Source: Marinilabilia salmonicolor
Lineage (GTDB): Bacteria; Bacteroidota; Bacteroidia; Bacteroidales; Marinilabiliaceae
NCBI RefSeq assembly: GCF_003003035.1
Contig: NZ_PVTS01000023.1
Span: 34,696-58,695, forward strand
Length of the DNA stretch: 24,000 nucleotides
Reading direction: 5' to 3'
In this document: positions 9,055 through 17,270 of the stretch, piece by piece
How the letters are laid out: each line of letters starts with the position of its first letter
Numbering within the stretch: the first letter of the stretch is position 1
Notes under the pieces: generated by a model
Told to the model about the DNA's origin: nothing
Databases searched by the model: none
The model's input: the letters and a program-made list of their open reading frames with translations, nothing else
Made by a program: the position numbers and the translations under genes

Positions 9055-9628
9055 TTCCATGGGGATTTAGTTTCTTGCCTGGAGTAAAATTGGCCTTTCT
9101 AATGCGATTTTCTATTTCTTCGTCAGATACCGAAGCCCCGGGTTCCAATAAAACAGAGATCTGCTTTTTCTGGAAACTGGCTGTTGATCTGGTTACTCCC
9201 TCAATTTTGTTTACCTGCTTTTCGAGGGATGACTGACACCCTGGACAATCCATGCCAAAAACCTCATATTTAACAACCTGATTCTTCTCTTCTGGAGCAC
9301 GATCGTACTTACAGCAACCCGGAAGTTTTTCATAAACCTCGTCCGGTGCTTTGTGCATATTTGTGTCATGCCCCGTCTGGGCAATGGCCATGTGGATATG
9401 GTGAATATTGGTTTTTGCTTCGTCATAGGTCACGGTGATCATTTCGGATTCTTTATTCCAATCCGAGCCGGTAACCCCATCAACAGAATTTGCAGCTTTT
9501 TCAATGCGGGCTTCACACATGCCGCATTCCCCTTTTACTTCAAATTTCTCTGTTTTGTTTTGTGCAAAGATGGTAGCTCCTGATCCGATCAATAGCAGGG
9601 TCAATAAAACTATTATTTTATGTATCAT
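9044..9628 (-). CDS. Secreted heavy-metal-associated (HMA) protein with two metal-binding domains
   Basis: 194 aa with a signal peptide (MIHKIIVLLTLLLIGSGATIFAQ). The first HMA-like domain has a CGMC motif (VKGECGMCEARIEKAA), a CC pair follows (LPGCCKYD), and the second domain is a canonical HMA (GMDCPGCQSSLEKQV). Its stop overlaps the ATG of the downstream OMP gene. Confidence 0.85.
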   Translation of the reverse strand: MIHKIIVLLTLLLIGSGATIFAQNKTEKFEVKGECGMCEARIEKAANSVDGVTGSDWNKESEMITVTYDEAKTNIHHIHMAIAQTGHDTNMHKAPDEVYEKLPGCCKYDRAPEEKNQVVKYEVFGMDCPGCQSSLEKQVNKIEGVTRSTASFQKKQISVLLEPGASVSDEEIENRIRKANFTPGKKLNPHGNEE

Positions 9629-9632
9629 AATG

Positions 9633-9791
9633 TTATCCTTGTTTTTGAAAAAATGATTGAAAATTTATTAGAAGATAAATACTTGGTCCTCTGGGGATAA
9701 AATCACCAAAAGGATTAAGCAAGCTTTGCTGATGAAATATTGGCCGGGTACAGAAAAGACTACCACACGTCGGAAGGCAACAAGGGCACAT
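9633..9791 (-). CDS. Candidate unannotated 52-aa Cys-rich small ORF
   Basis: Hand translation of the minus strand gives ATG 9791 -> MCPCCLPTCGSLFCTRPIFHQQSLLNPFGDFIPRGPSIYLLINFQSFFQKQG* (TAA 9633-9635). It is below the 60-aa track cutoff. It fills most of a 228-nt gap between the HYC_CC_PP and HMA genes and stops 4 nt before the HMA ATG. I recognise no homology, so it may be a chance ORF. Confidence 0.25.
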   Translation of the reverse strand: MCPCCLPTCGSLFCTRPIFHQQSLLNPFGDFIPRGPSIYLLINFQSFFQKQG

Positions 9792-9856
9792 CACATGCCA
9801 ATGTTATCTATACTCTGCCAACAAAAGGAAAGAATTCTCTTTTTGGAAAATTTAAA

Positions 9857-10228
9857 TCATAACCGATAAACCTGGAACAATGCCAGGCGCCTGGCCATTT
9901 TTTGAATTGGCCCAAAGGAAGGTGGAATAGCAGAACGTAAACGCTTTTCAGGTGTTGTTACATCTATTTCTTTTGAAACGCTATCAAGGAGTGCTGAAAA
10001 GAGGTAAGGTAAAATGGAAATTGAGGCAGATACAACAAAATCATTTTTTACCTGAAGAAACTCTGTCTCTGTTTCACAACATGGTTCAACGTCACAGCAG
10101 GGATGCTCTCCACTTAGTTCAACAGAAATGAGATCGTGATCGCAATAATGCTTAGATATGGTAACCCCGGTTGTCGAAATCAACAACAAAGCAACCATGA
10201 TAATATTTGTGACAGTTCTAAGCATCAT
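9857..10228 (-). CDS. HYC_CC_PP-family small membrane-anchored Cys-rich protein
   Basis: 123 aa with an N-terminal TM/signal anchor, then the motifs that name the family in the right order: KHYCDHD, PCCDVEPCCE and IPPSF. The family name is from memory of NCBI naming for Bacteroidota proteins and was not verified by search. Confidence 0.6.
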   Translation of the reverse strand: MMLRTVTNIIMVALLLISTTGVTISKHYCDHDLISVELSGEHPCCDVEPCCETETEFLQVKNDFVVSASISILPYLFSALLDSVSKEIDVTTPEKRLRSAIPPSFGPIQKMARRLALFQVYRL

Positions 10229-10382
10229 TTAATGAATATACATTATAAACTCATTTAAGAGTAATTCAGGAAAAAAATAACACCCTCCAGATAATGCATA
10301 ATGCAAATGGTTATCATAACTGGGTTAGTGAATAACAAAAAAATATTGCTATTGTTGAGATCATTAAATATTTATAAATAAG

Positions 10383-10412
10383 AAAGGCCTGCCGGCATTC
10401 CGACAGACCTTT
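10383..10412 (-). terminator. Strong rho-independent terminator closing the minus-strand gene run
   Basis: The minus-strand RNA reads AAAGGUCUGUCGG-AAUG-CCGGCAGGCCUUU (13 bp including two G-U pairs) followed by CUUAUUUAUAAAUAUUU. It lies 73 nt after the SRAP stop at 10486. Confidence 0.7.
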
Positions 10413-10485
10413 GACCTTAACCCTAACCCGAGGGCAAAAATAAACCAGTAAACCCGGGTGTACAAATTTTTTCAAAGAAAATTTC

Positions 10486-11091
10486 CTACTTTGATGGAAC
10501 GGCTTGTATCAGATCATTCTGCATCACAAGCTCTCCCCCATCCAACCAATCTTTCTCTGCTTCCGGACTCAATATTACCGGCATTCGCTTTTTTGTATTG
10601 TGAATCTCACTCATCAGCTCATTGGCAGCAGTTGTAATGATCGTGTATGTATTCAGCGTTTCTCCGGTATTTCTATTTGTCCAGGTATTCCAGAGTCCCG
10701 CAAAGGCAAAAGCCTCTTCGTCTGGCAGCGTTAAAAGGTACTTCTGCTTGAATTTTCCTTTCGGATCAAGCCATTTCCATTCATAGAACCCATCGGCCAA
10801 AACCAGGCAGCGTTTCGCAAGTGATGGTTTGAACGACGGTTTTTGGTCAAGTGTTTCCAGTCTGGCATTAAGCGTGCTTTTGCGGATGTTGGTATCTTTC
10901 GCCCAAGGCGGAATAAGGCCCCAGGAAAAACCCTGAATGGCATCATTCCTGTCATTTGTAATAACTGGAGTAATCGGAAAAGTAAAAGCATAAAAAATTT
11001 CCGGAGTGTACCATTCCGGTGTCAAAAACCGGGCTTTAAAACGGTCTTCAAGCTGTTTGAAGGTTTTGTTGTTTTTGGTTCGGAAACACAT
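10486..11091 (-). CDS. SOS response-associated peptidase (SRAP; YedK/HMCES family, abasic-site processing)
   Basis: 201 aa starting MC (catalytic Cys2; MCFR rather than the commoner MCGR). Family signatures are FSWGLIPPWAKD, LADGFYEW, FAFAGLW and IHNTKKRMPVIL (conserved His plus RMPVIL). Confidence 0.88.
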   Translation of the reverse strand: MCFRTKNNKTFKQLEDRFKARFLTPEWYTPEIFYAFTFPITPVITNDRNDAIQGFSWGLIPPWAKDTNIRKSTLNARLETLDQKPSFKPSLAKRCLVLADGFYEWKWLDPKGKFKQKYLLTLPDEEAFAFAGLWNTWTNRNTGETLNTYTIITTAANELMSEIHNTKKRMPVILSPEAEKDWLDGGELVMQNDLIQAVPSK

Positions 11092-11128
11092 GATTTTTGG
11101 ATTTTAAACTGTTTTTTCATCACCTCCT

Positions 11129-11626
11129 CTAACGGAGCTTAAGTCTTGCAAAAACCTTAGAAGGGTTTTTCCTTTGTTCCAGGATATACTCCATAACCGG
11201 ATTGGTGTCCAACTGTTCAAAATCGATAAATTCCTTTTCCCTGGCCAGGATCCTTACCGGAAAGACTATTCCGGTTTTTGTATCGTTAATAAAATAACGG
11301 GAATTATTGAAAGTTATCCGTCCATAAAATTTAACTCCCTGAGCCATCCGCTCTTTAATGGACTCAATGGTTGGGTTCTTAATAAAAGTCAGGTGGCAGG
11401 CCTGAAAATCATGATCTTTGTTATCGGAAGCCCTTAAACGAAAGGTTACCACATCGTCCTTGTGGGGACAAGCCATAGGCAGCTCTTTGGTTTGCCGGGC
11501 CCACAAAATCTGTTCATTTCTTTCATATCGGAAAAAGTAAGATTTTCCGATTATTTCCTCCTTAATAAATCCGTATTCCTTACTTACATCAAATTGGGTT
11601 ACAACGCCTCTGTGCTCTTTATTCAT
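11129..11626 (-). CDS. Hypothetical protein with one or two cold-shock-domain-like (OB-fold) modules
   Basis: 165 aa. The N-terminal half aligns by eye to CspA: GVVTQFDVSKEYGFIKEEIIGKSYFFRY versus [28 protein letters not shown], and later DDVVTFRLRAS versus GQKVSFTIESG. The C-terminal half (FYGRITFNNSRYFINDTKTGIVFPVRI...) looks like a second, more degenerate copy. That it is coding is fairly secure; the fold call is tentative. Confidence 0.5.
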   Translation of the reverse strand: MNKEHRGVVTQFDVSKEYGFIKEEIIGKSYFFRYERNEQILWARQTKELPMACPHKDDVVTFRLRASDNKDHDFQACHLTFIKNPTIESIKERMAQGVKFYGRITFNNSRYFINDTKTGIVFPVRILAREKEFIDFEQLDTNPVMEYILEQRKNPSKVFARLKLR

Positions 11627-11666
11627 ATAGGTTTAACGATGGTTTTGTGTCATAAAGATGCGGATT

Positions 11667-12008
11667 TTATTGAATCTGATTCTTCTTCCATTTAACAGTA
11701 AAACTCATTAGTCTGTTTCCAAACACCTTCAACATTAACGGGCTCAATACCACCTCAGGCAAAAAAGCCGGCAGAAAAATAAAGAAAAACATTATATCGA
11801 AAGGTAAATTCCAGAAACTCCATATAAAAAATGATGCAGGGATAGTCAAACACCGGGTCACCAGAATAACAGCCAGGCTTTTCAAAAAGGATTTTCTGTT
11901 TTTACGCAGATTATAAAGCTGAAAACCCGCCCCAAGGAGATAAGTAATTGAGCCCATTAATAAAATGAGCTCAATTATCTCTATTATAGGGGTCGGTTGT
12001 TGCTCCAT
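11667..12008 (-). CDS. Small integral membrane protein, unknown function
   Basis: 113 aa with about three hydrophobic helices (IIELILLMGSITYLLGAGF; AVILVTRCLTIPASFFIWSFW; IMFFFIFLPAFLPEVVLSPL). It is co-oriented with and closely spaced to its neighbours. I recognise no motif. Confidence 0.55.
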   Translation of the reverse strand: MEQQPTPIIEIIELILLMGSITYLLGAGFQLYNLRKNRKSFLKSLAVILVTRCLTIPASFFIWSFWNLPFDIMFFFIFLPAFLPEVVLSPLMLKVFGNRLMSFTVKWKKNQIQ

Positions 12009-12075
12009 GAGATTTCACCTAAATTGTGGTTAGTCGGAAATCCCGACATACCATATTTTTTGTCAGAAAATGCGG

Positions 12076-13401
12076 CTAATCTGTCTTTTCATTCAAATTC
12101 AAATTGTACCAGTCAATCTTTCTGGAGAAATACATAACCAGTCCAAGGATTATAAAAATGCCTATGCTTCCGATTAGCAATGCGTAATCCTGTAATTGAA
12201 TTATTACGAAAATGAATGTGTAAAGCACGGCCAGAATTCCTGAAATCAGCATTGTTAATTTTCCTGATTTCAATATTGCCCTTACATAGCCTGATACCAG
12301 TAACAAAGTTGATAGAGCAGAAACAATAAAGGCAATATTGTATTTCAGATGCTCAGATATTGATAAAAGTAAGGTGTAAAAAACCACTAAAGCAATTCCC
12401 ACCAGGATATACTGGATCGGGTGGATAAATATTTTATTCAGAACTTCGATAAAGAAGAATACCAGAAAGGTAAAACCAATAAACAATATGGCATATCTGA
12501 TCGACCTGTAAGATTTCTGGTAACTATCCACCGGAAGCAGAAGGTCAATCCCGAAAGCGGATTCATCGATTGAGTGTCTGCTGTTGGTCCAGGCTTGAGG
12601 AAAATTCCTGTTTAGGTGCAAAACATTCCAATTGGCCTTAAATCCTTTATTGGTGACTTCACGGCTATCCGGCAAAAAAGCACCGTTAAAGCTGGGATTG
12701 CTCCAAGCAGATGAGATATTTATATCGGTTACTTTGCCAACAGGCGTAAAATAAAGCAACTGACTACCCTTCAGATCCAGATGAAGATTGAAATTGTACT
12801 TTAGGTTGTTATCAGGATTCATTACGAGCTGTGCATTGATTCCACTTTTCACAACATCATTTGAAGAAACTCCCGGGTTAAATGGTATTTCCTTGTTGTT
12901 CCATTCTAATGCCACCTGTTCCTCTATCCCTCTTAAATCGTCAATACCAACAACAAACTCGGCTTTATCCAAAAGAATATTTTCTGTCGGAATATCGAAA
13001 GTGTTAAAATCCACATTGTCAAAGTTTCCTGAAATATTGATTTTGGAATTGTAAACGACAATTTCATAAATCCCTCTATATCTTTTCTCCGGATTAATGT
13101 TTCCGGAGATGTTAAGTTTCGATGGAAGAATGTGAAGATATTCTTTGACCTGAATGACTTTCTCAGTTGAGTCTTTTTTTGAAAACTCTTTTACATATCT
13201 ATAATACGGAATGGAGATAAAAGGTCCTGAAATAGTTTGCTCCTGCCCCCACTTTGAACTAACCTCAGTGATGGCCTGTCGCTGAGTGTTTTCCCGTTCA
13301 AAGATCAGGCTTTCAATCATCGATGTAGGAATAAGCAACAGCAGAGCAATGACAACTATTGCTCCCACCTTAAAATAGATGTTGGTTTTTAGTGTTTTCA
13401 T
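12076..13401 (-). CDS. creD: CreD-family inner-membrane (cell envelope integrity) protein
   Basis: 441 aa with CreD architecture. It has an N-terminal TM, then ERENTQRQAITEVSSKWGQEQTISGPFISIPY (compare the E. coli CreD N-terminus), a large extracytoplasmic domain, and a cluster of 5 C-terminal TM helices. It starts 30 nt after the hsdM stop. Confidence 0.82.
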   Translation of the reverse strand: MKTLKTNIYFKVGAIVVIALLLLIPTSMIESLIFERENTQRQAITEVSSKWGQEQTISGPFISIPYYRYVKEFSKKDSTEKVIQVKEYLHILPSKLNISGNINPEKRYRGIYEIVVYNSKINISGNFDNVDFNTFDIPTENILLDKAEFVVGIDDLRGIEEQVALEWNNKEIPFNPGVSSNDVVKSGINAQLVMNPDNNLKYNFNLHLDLKGSQLLYFTPVGKVTDINISSAWSNPSFNGAFLPDSREVTNKGFKANWNVLHLNRNFPQAWTNSRHSIDESAFGIDLLLPVDSYQKSYRSIRYAILFIGFTFLVFFFIEVLNKIFIHPIQYILVGIALVVFYTLLLSISEHLKYNIAFIVSALSTLLLVSGYVRAILKSGKLTMLISGILAVLYTFIFVIIQLQDYALLIGSIGIFIILGLVMYFSRKIDWYNLNLNEKTD

Positions 13402-13431
13402 AATGACCTTTTAACTGGTTTTAATAGGGTA

Positions 13432-15060
13432 TTAAATTAGCGGCAATCCCAACTCCTTCAAAAATTCATTGTGTTTATCAGTATTCGTTTTGATTCGTTC
13501 ATTTATTGATGCCAGGCGTTCATTCACTTCTTTCAAGTCAATCTTTTCTTCTTCTGCAGCTGTATTCACATAGCGTGAAATATTCAAATTGTAACCGTTC
13601 TTTTCGATTTCTTCCATCGAAACTTTTCGTGAATAACGGTCGGTTTCTTTTCGGTATTTGTATGTTTCGACGATAGATGTAATATTCTCTTCCCCCAGCC
13701 AGTTCTGACGCTTGCCTTTCTCAAAATGCTCACTGGCATTAATAAACAGGACATCTTCTTCCTTTTTACACTTTTTCAGTACCAGGATACAAACCGGAAT
13801 ACCCGTAGAATAAAACAAATTTGGAGGCAACCCGATAACCGTATCAATATTATTGTCTTTTAGTAGTTTGGTTCGGATACGCTCTTCTGCTCCTCCACGA
13901 AACAACACTCCATGTGGCAAAATAATGGCCATGGTTCCTCCTTCAGCCAGGAAGTGAAACCCGTGCAAAAGAAATGCAAAGTCGGCAGCTGATTTCGGGG
14001 CCAATCCGTAACTTTTAAAACGAAAATCCTCGGCCAGAGTGTCGTTTGGTTCCCAACGCAAACTAAATGGGGGATTGGCTACGATGGCATCAAATTCTAT
14101 CTTTTTGGATGGATTTATCTCGTTCAATATATCCCAGTGATTGAGCAGGGTGTCACCGTGATATATATCAAACTCGGTATCTTTCATGCCATGCAACAGC
14201 ATATTCATTCGGGCCAGGTTGTAGGTCGTAATATTGTTTTCCTGCCCATAGATTTTACCGGTATTGCCACCACCTTCTTTTATTCGTTTCCTTACGTTCA
14301 ACAAAAGTGATCCCGAACCACAGGCAAAATCCAGTACTTTGTCGAGCTTACTTTTCTTTCCTGTGGAAGGTTCCTGGCTATCCAAGGTAACGATTTCAGA
14401 GAGGATGGTTGAGATTTGTTGAGGTGTATAAAACTCGCCTGCTTTTTTACCGGAACCGGCGGCAAATTGCCCAATCAGATATTCATAAGCATCCCCTAGT
14501 GTATCAGTATCGGTAGAAAATTCGGCAATTCCTTCAGCAATTTTCTGAATAATGGTGCAAAGCTTTTTATTCCGGTCGGCTGGTGTTCGACCGAGCTTTT
14601 CAGAATTCAGGTTGATTTCTGAAAACAAACCCTGAAAAGAATTTGCAAACGATTCGTTTTCGATGTAGCGGAAACCGGCTTCTAAAGTAATAAGTAATTC
14701 CCCATCTTGTGTTCGGGCCAGTTCGGTAATATTACTCCAAAGATGCTGCGGTTTGATTACGTAATGCACTTTTCTCCGCATTTGTTTTTCAAACTCTTCA
14801 ACATCTTCTGGATTCTCGTAGTACCAAATTTCTAAGGGTGTATTTACCTTTAATTTAGACATCACGTCTATTGGCGTGTCATCAGGGTAATCTCTTCCTA
14901 ATTCCTTTTTTGCAGATTCTACATAGTTGTGAGATAAGTATCTTAGAAACAAGAATGAAAGCATGTAATCGCGAAAATCGTCCGCATTCATTGCACCTCG
15001 TAGTTGATCTGCTATTTTCCAAAGGGTTTTACCCAGTTGTTGTTGTTCTATTTGTGTCAT
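13432..15060 (-). CDS. hsdM: Type I restriction-modification system, N6-adenine DNA methyltransferase subunit M
   Basis: 542 aa with an HsdM_N-type N-terminus (LWKIADQLRGAMNADDFRDYMLSFLFLRYLS). The SAM-binding motif I is DFACGSGSLL and the catalytic motif IV is IVANPPFSLRW. The ATG lies 2 nt after the hsdS stop. Confidence 0.95.
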   Translation of the reverse strand: MTQIEQQQLGKTLWKIADQLRGAMNADDFRDYMLSFLFLRYLSHNYVESAKKELGRDYPDDTPIDVMSKLKVNTPLEIWYYENPEDVEEFEKQMRRKVHYVIKPQHLWSNITELARTQDGELLITLEAGFRYIENESFANSFQGLFSEINLNSEKLGRTPADRNKKLCTIIQKIAEGIAEFSTDTDTLGDAYEYLIGQFAAGSGKKAGEFYTPQQISTILSEIVTLDSQEPSTGKKSKLDKVLDFACGSGSLLLNVRKRIKEGGGNTGKIYGQENNITTYNLARMNMLLHGMKDTEFDIYHGDTLLNHWDILNEINPSKKIEFDAIVANPPFSLRWEPNDTLAEDFRFKSYGLAPKSAADFAFLLHGFHFLAEGGTMAIILPHGVLFRGGAEERIRTKLLKDNNIDTVIGLPPNLFYSTGIPVCILVLKKCKKEEDVLFINASEHFEKGKRQNWLGEENITSIVETYKYRKETDRYSRKVSMEEIEKNGYNLNISRYVNTAAEEEKIDLKEVNERLASINERIKTNTDKHNEFLKELGLPLI

Positions 15061-15062
15061 AA

Positions 15063-16355
15063 TTAATTGTCAATTTTCGGAAACAAGCCTTGCATTAAGC
15101 CCTTTTTGTGCGACTGCAAGTGCTCTACTTTTTCTGATTGGGCGGTGATTAACTCATCCAAGGCAGATAGACAGGTGGCGATTTTTTGCTGTTCTTTAAA
15201 GGATGGAATATAAACCACTAATGTTTTTAATTGATTAGCATAAAGGTGAACAACTGAAATTCCTTGCGCAATTTGTGCAAGCTCTTTTTTCTTTGCATTA
15301 TTTAAATAATAGGCAAGGAAAACACCATTAATTCTTGTTTTAATGATGTTCAAATCACCACCCAAAGCAACTCCCTCCTTCATAACACAAGAAGCTGTGG
15401 CTATATCAATATGAGTTTCGCCGGATGAAGGAATTATTACATCATTCTTTTCACTCAATACTAAAGTTTCACTATTTAAATTTGTGAATGACTTTATATC
15501 TCGGATAGTTTCATTGTAATGAGTATATAATTCTCCGTATCTGATACAAGGTAAACTTCCATTTTCCGAAATATCACTTTTGGATATTCCTTTTCCCTTT
15601 GAAAATGTTGCAACTTCCCCTAACGTATTATTTACCCACTCTCCATCATTCTCAAACTCCGGAAAACGAAACTTCGGTACTTTTTCACCTTCTTGGGGAA
15701 AAAGATTTTGCATCAAGCCTTTTTTGTGGTCTTTGAGGGCCTGAAGTTTATCATTGTGGGCGGCTATCAGCTCGTCTAAGGAAGAAAGACAGGAGGCAAT
15801 TTTTTGTTGTTCCGGTATTGTAGGAGGTAAATTAATCGGCATTGAAGCGTATTCTGTTCCATTAATGCCTGGCTGTCCACTTCTTGCAGAAATGAAACTT
15901 ACCCACTTCCAATATTGTTCAGAGTAAAGAAACTGGAAGAGCAATTCTGAATCTATTTTCTTGGTATCTGGTTTTACTCTTATAAGAAACCCTGCAAAAA
16001 CAAGTTTACCGTCCTTTTTTCTGTATTTGTATGATTTGCCAACACTTGCCCCTGTTCTTGCTAAAACTATATCTCCCTCCGACAGATAATTATCTTCAGT
16101 GACATTTCTGTTTACAGAAACTTTATCCCTTGTAATAAATGTTCCATCATCAGAGATATCGGTAATTCTAAGATAAGTTGGCAATTTATCAGAATATGGT
16201 GCTGCGGGTGCATTAATTCCATATTCAGGATTTTTTAATAAGCAATCACCTAATATCTTTAATTCCCACTCCCCATCCTCCACAAACTCAGGAAAACGCA
16301 ATTCCGGTATTAACCCTCCAGCTTTGCTTTTGGCACGTTTTATCACCTTACTCAT
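15063..16355 (-). CDS. hsdS: Type I restriction-modification system, specificity subunit S (two TRDs)
   Basis: 430 aa with a duplicated N-terminal motif (LRFPEFVEDGEW at residue ~19 and FRFPEFENDGEW at ~229). Two coiled-coil conserved regions are 27/43 identical by hand alignment: EQQKIASCLSSLDELIAAHNDKLQALKDHKKGLMQNLFP (15684-15812) and EQQKIATCLSALDELITAQSEKVEHLQSHKKGLMQGLFP (15066-15194). They separate two unrelated target-recognition domains. Confidence 0.92.
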   Translation of the reverse strand: MSKVIKRAKSKAGGLIPELRFPEFVEDGEWELKILGDCLLKNPEYGINAPAAPYSDKLPTYLRITDISDDGTFITRDKVSVNRNVTEDNYLSEGDIVLARTGASVGKSYKYRKKDGKLVFAGFLIRVKPDTKKIDSELLFQFLYSEQYWKWVSFISARSGQPGINGTEYASMPINLPPTIPEQQKIASCLSSLDELIAAHNDKLQALKDHKKGLMQNLFPQEGEKVPKFRFPEFENDGEWVNNTLGEVATFSKGKGISKSDISENGSLPCIRYGELYTHYNETIRDIKSFTNLNSETLVLSEKNDVIIPSSGETHIDIATASCVMKEGVALGGDLNIIKTRINGVFLAYYLNNAKKKELAQIAQGISVVHLYANQLKTLVVYIPSFKEQQKIATCLSALDELITAQSEKVEHLQSHKKGLMQGLFPKIDN

Positions 16356-17175
16356 TGTTCCCCAGTTTTCTAGTGTTATCGTCTGATAAAAGGATTTTCA
16401 TTTGGTTAATGGCAATTTGATTGAGTTTTTTTAACCGTTCGGGTTGTGGGACATTCTCGTCAATCAGCACGGCATTCAGGTTTTCGAGATTGGCCAGGCA
16501 CACCAATTGCGAAACATTGGCATAATCGCGGATATTCCCTTTATCACCGGGGTTTTCGTCTCGCCACTGCTTTGCTGTTTTGCCAAACAACGCCATGTTA
16601 AGCACATCGGCCTCATTGGCATAAACATAGCTTATTTGTTGAGGTGTAAGGTTATCTGGTATCAGTTTTTCTTTAATGGCATCGGTATGTATCCGGTAGT
16701 TTATTTTGGTAAGTTTTCGTTTAATATTCCAGTCCAACTCTTTTTCTTGTTGGCTTTTCAGGTATTGAAATTCTTTAATCAGGTAGAATTTAAATTCAAC
16801 CGAAACCCAGGAGGCAAATTCAAGGGCAATATCAATATGGGCATAAGTACCACCGTAGCGTCCTGATTTTGCAACTATTCCGATGGCATTAGTAGCTTCA
16901 ATCCACTTTTGAGGTGATAAAACAAAGTGATTATAACCGGCTTCATTTTTAAACAGGTCGAATTCGACCTGTTTAAAATCCGGATTGTGTAATTTTTCCC
17001 AAAGCCCTAATAATTCAATTGTATTTTTACTGCGCATCCAGTTTTTAATGATATCCCTTGGCGCTTCTGGGTTCTTGTGTTTCGCAATATCTGTAATACA
17101 TATAAAGTCTTTTTGCTCCGATTGCATGAACCCAATCTGCAATCCCTGAACATTTATGTTTTTACTTTTCTTCAT
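16348..17175 (-). CDS. KilA-N domain-containing protein embedded in the R-M operon
   Basis: 275 aa. The N-terminal ~120 aa (FICITDIAKHKNPEAPRDIIKNWMRSKNTIELLGLWEKLHNPDFK ... SGRYGGTYAHIDIALEFASWVSVEFKFYLIKEF) match my memory of Bacteroidota proteins annotated as KilA-N domain-containing. The C-terminal half is unassigned. Its stop overlaps the hsdS start by 8 nt. Confidence 0.72.
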   Translation of the reverse strand: MKKSKNINVQGLQIGFMQSEQKDFICITDIAKHKNPEAPRDIIKNWMRSKNTIELLGLWEKLHNPDFKQVEFDLFKNEAGYNHFVLSPQKWIEATNAIGIVAKSGRYGGTYAHIDIALEFASWVSVEFKFYLIKEFQYLKSQQEKELDWNIKRKLTKINYRIHTDAIKEKLIPDNLTPQQISYVYANEADVLNMALFGKTAKQWRDENPGDKGNIRDYANVSQLVCLANLENLNAVLIDENVPQPERLKKLNQIAINQMKILLSDDNTRKLGNNE

Positions 17176-17270
17176 TATTTCAATTATTCTCTCAAATTCG
17201 GGGAAATAAGAATATCAATTATCGTTGCCTATATTTTAATTGTGCCGGAAATGCCATAATTACAAATTCC

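Noticed and set aside
10843-11142. 99-aa plus-strand ORF overlapping the SRAP gene (and the 86-aa alternate-frame ORF at 10731-10991)
   Set aside because: Both are shadow ORFs of the SRAP coding frame, which carries all the diagnostic motifs.
12033-12047. GTCGG-AAATC-CCGAC hairpin between creD and the small membrane gene as a terminator
   Set aside because: The stem is only 5 bp. On the transcribed (minus) strand it is not followed by a U-tract. At best it is a weak attenuator, so I did not call it.
15066-15812. Internal direct repeats in hsdS (15066-15194 versus 15684-15812) as a possible phase-variable shufflon
   Set aside because: These are the normal duplicated conserved (coiled-coil) regions of every two-TRD HsdS. 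There is no second or silent hsdS copy, inverted repeat pair or site-specific recombinase in the window.
16444-16866. 140-aa plus-strand ORF inside the KilA-N gene, and a 129-aa ORF at 17484-17873 inside hsdR
   Set aside because: Both are antisense shadow ORFs within confidently assigned genes and have no independent support.
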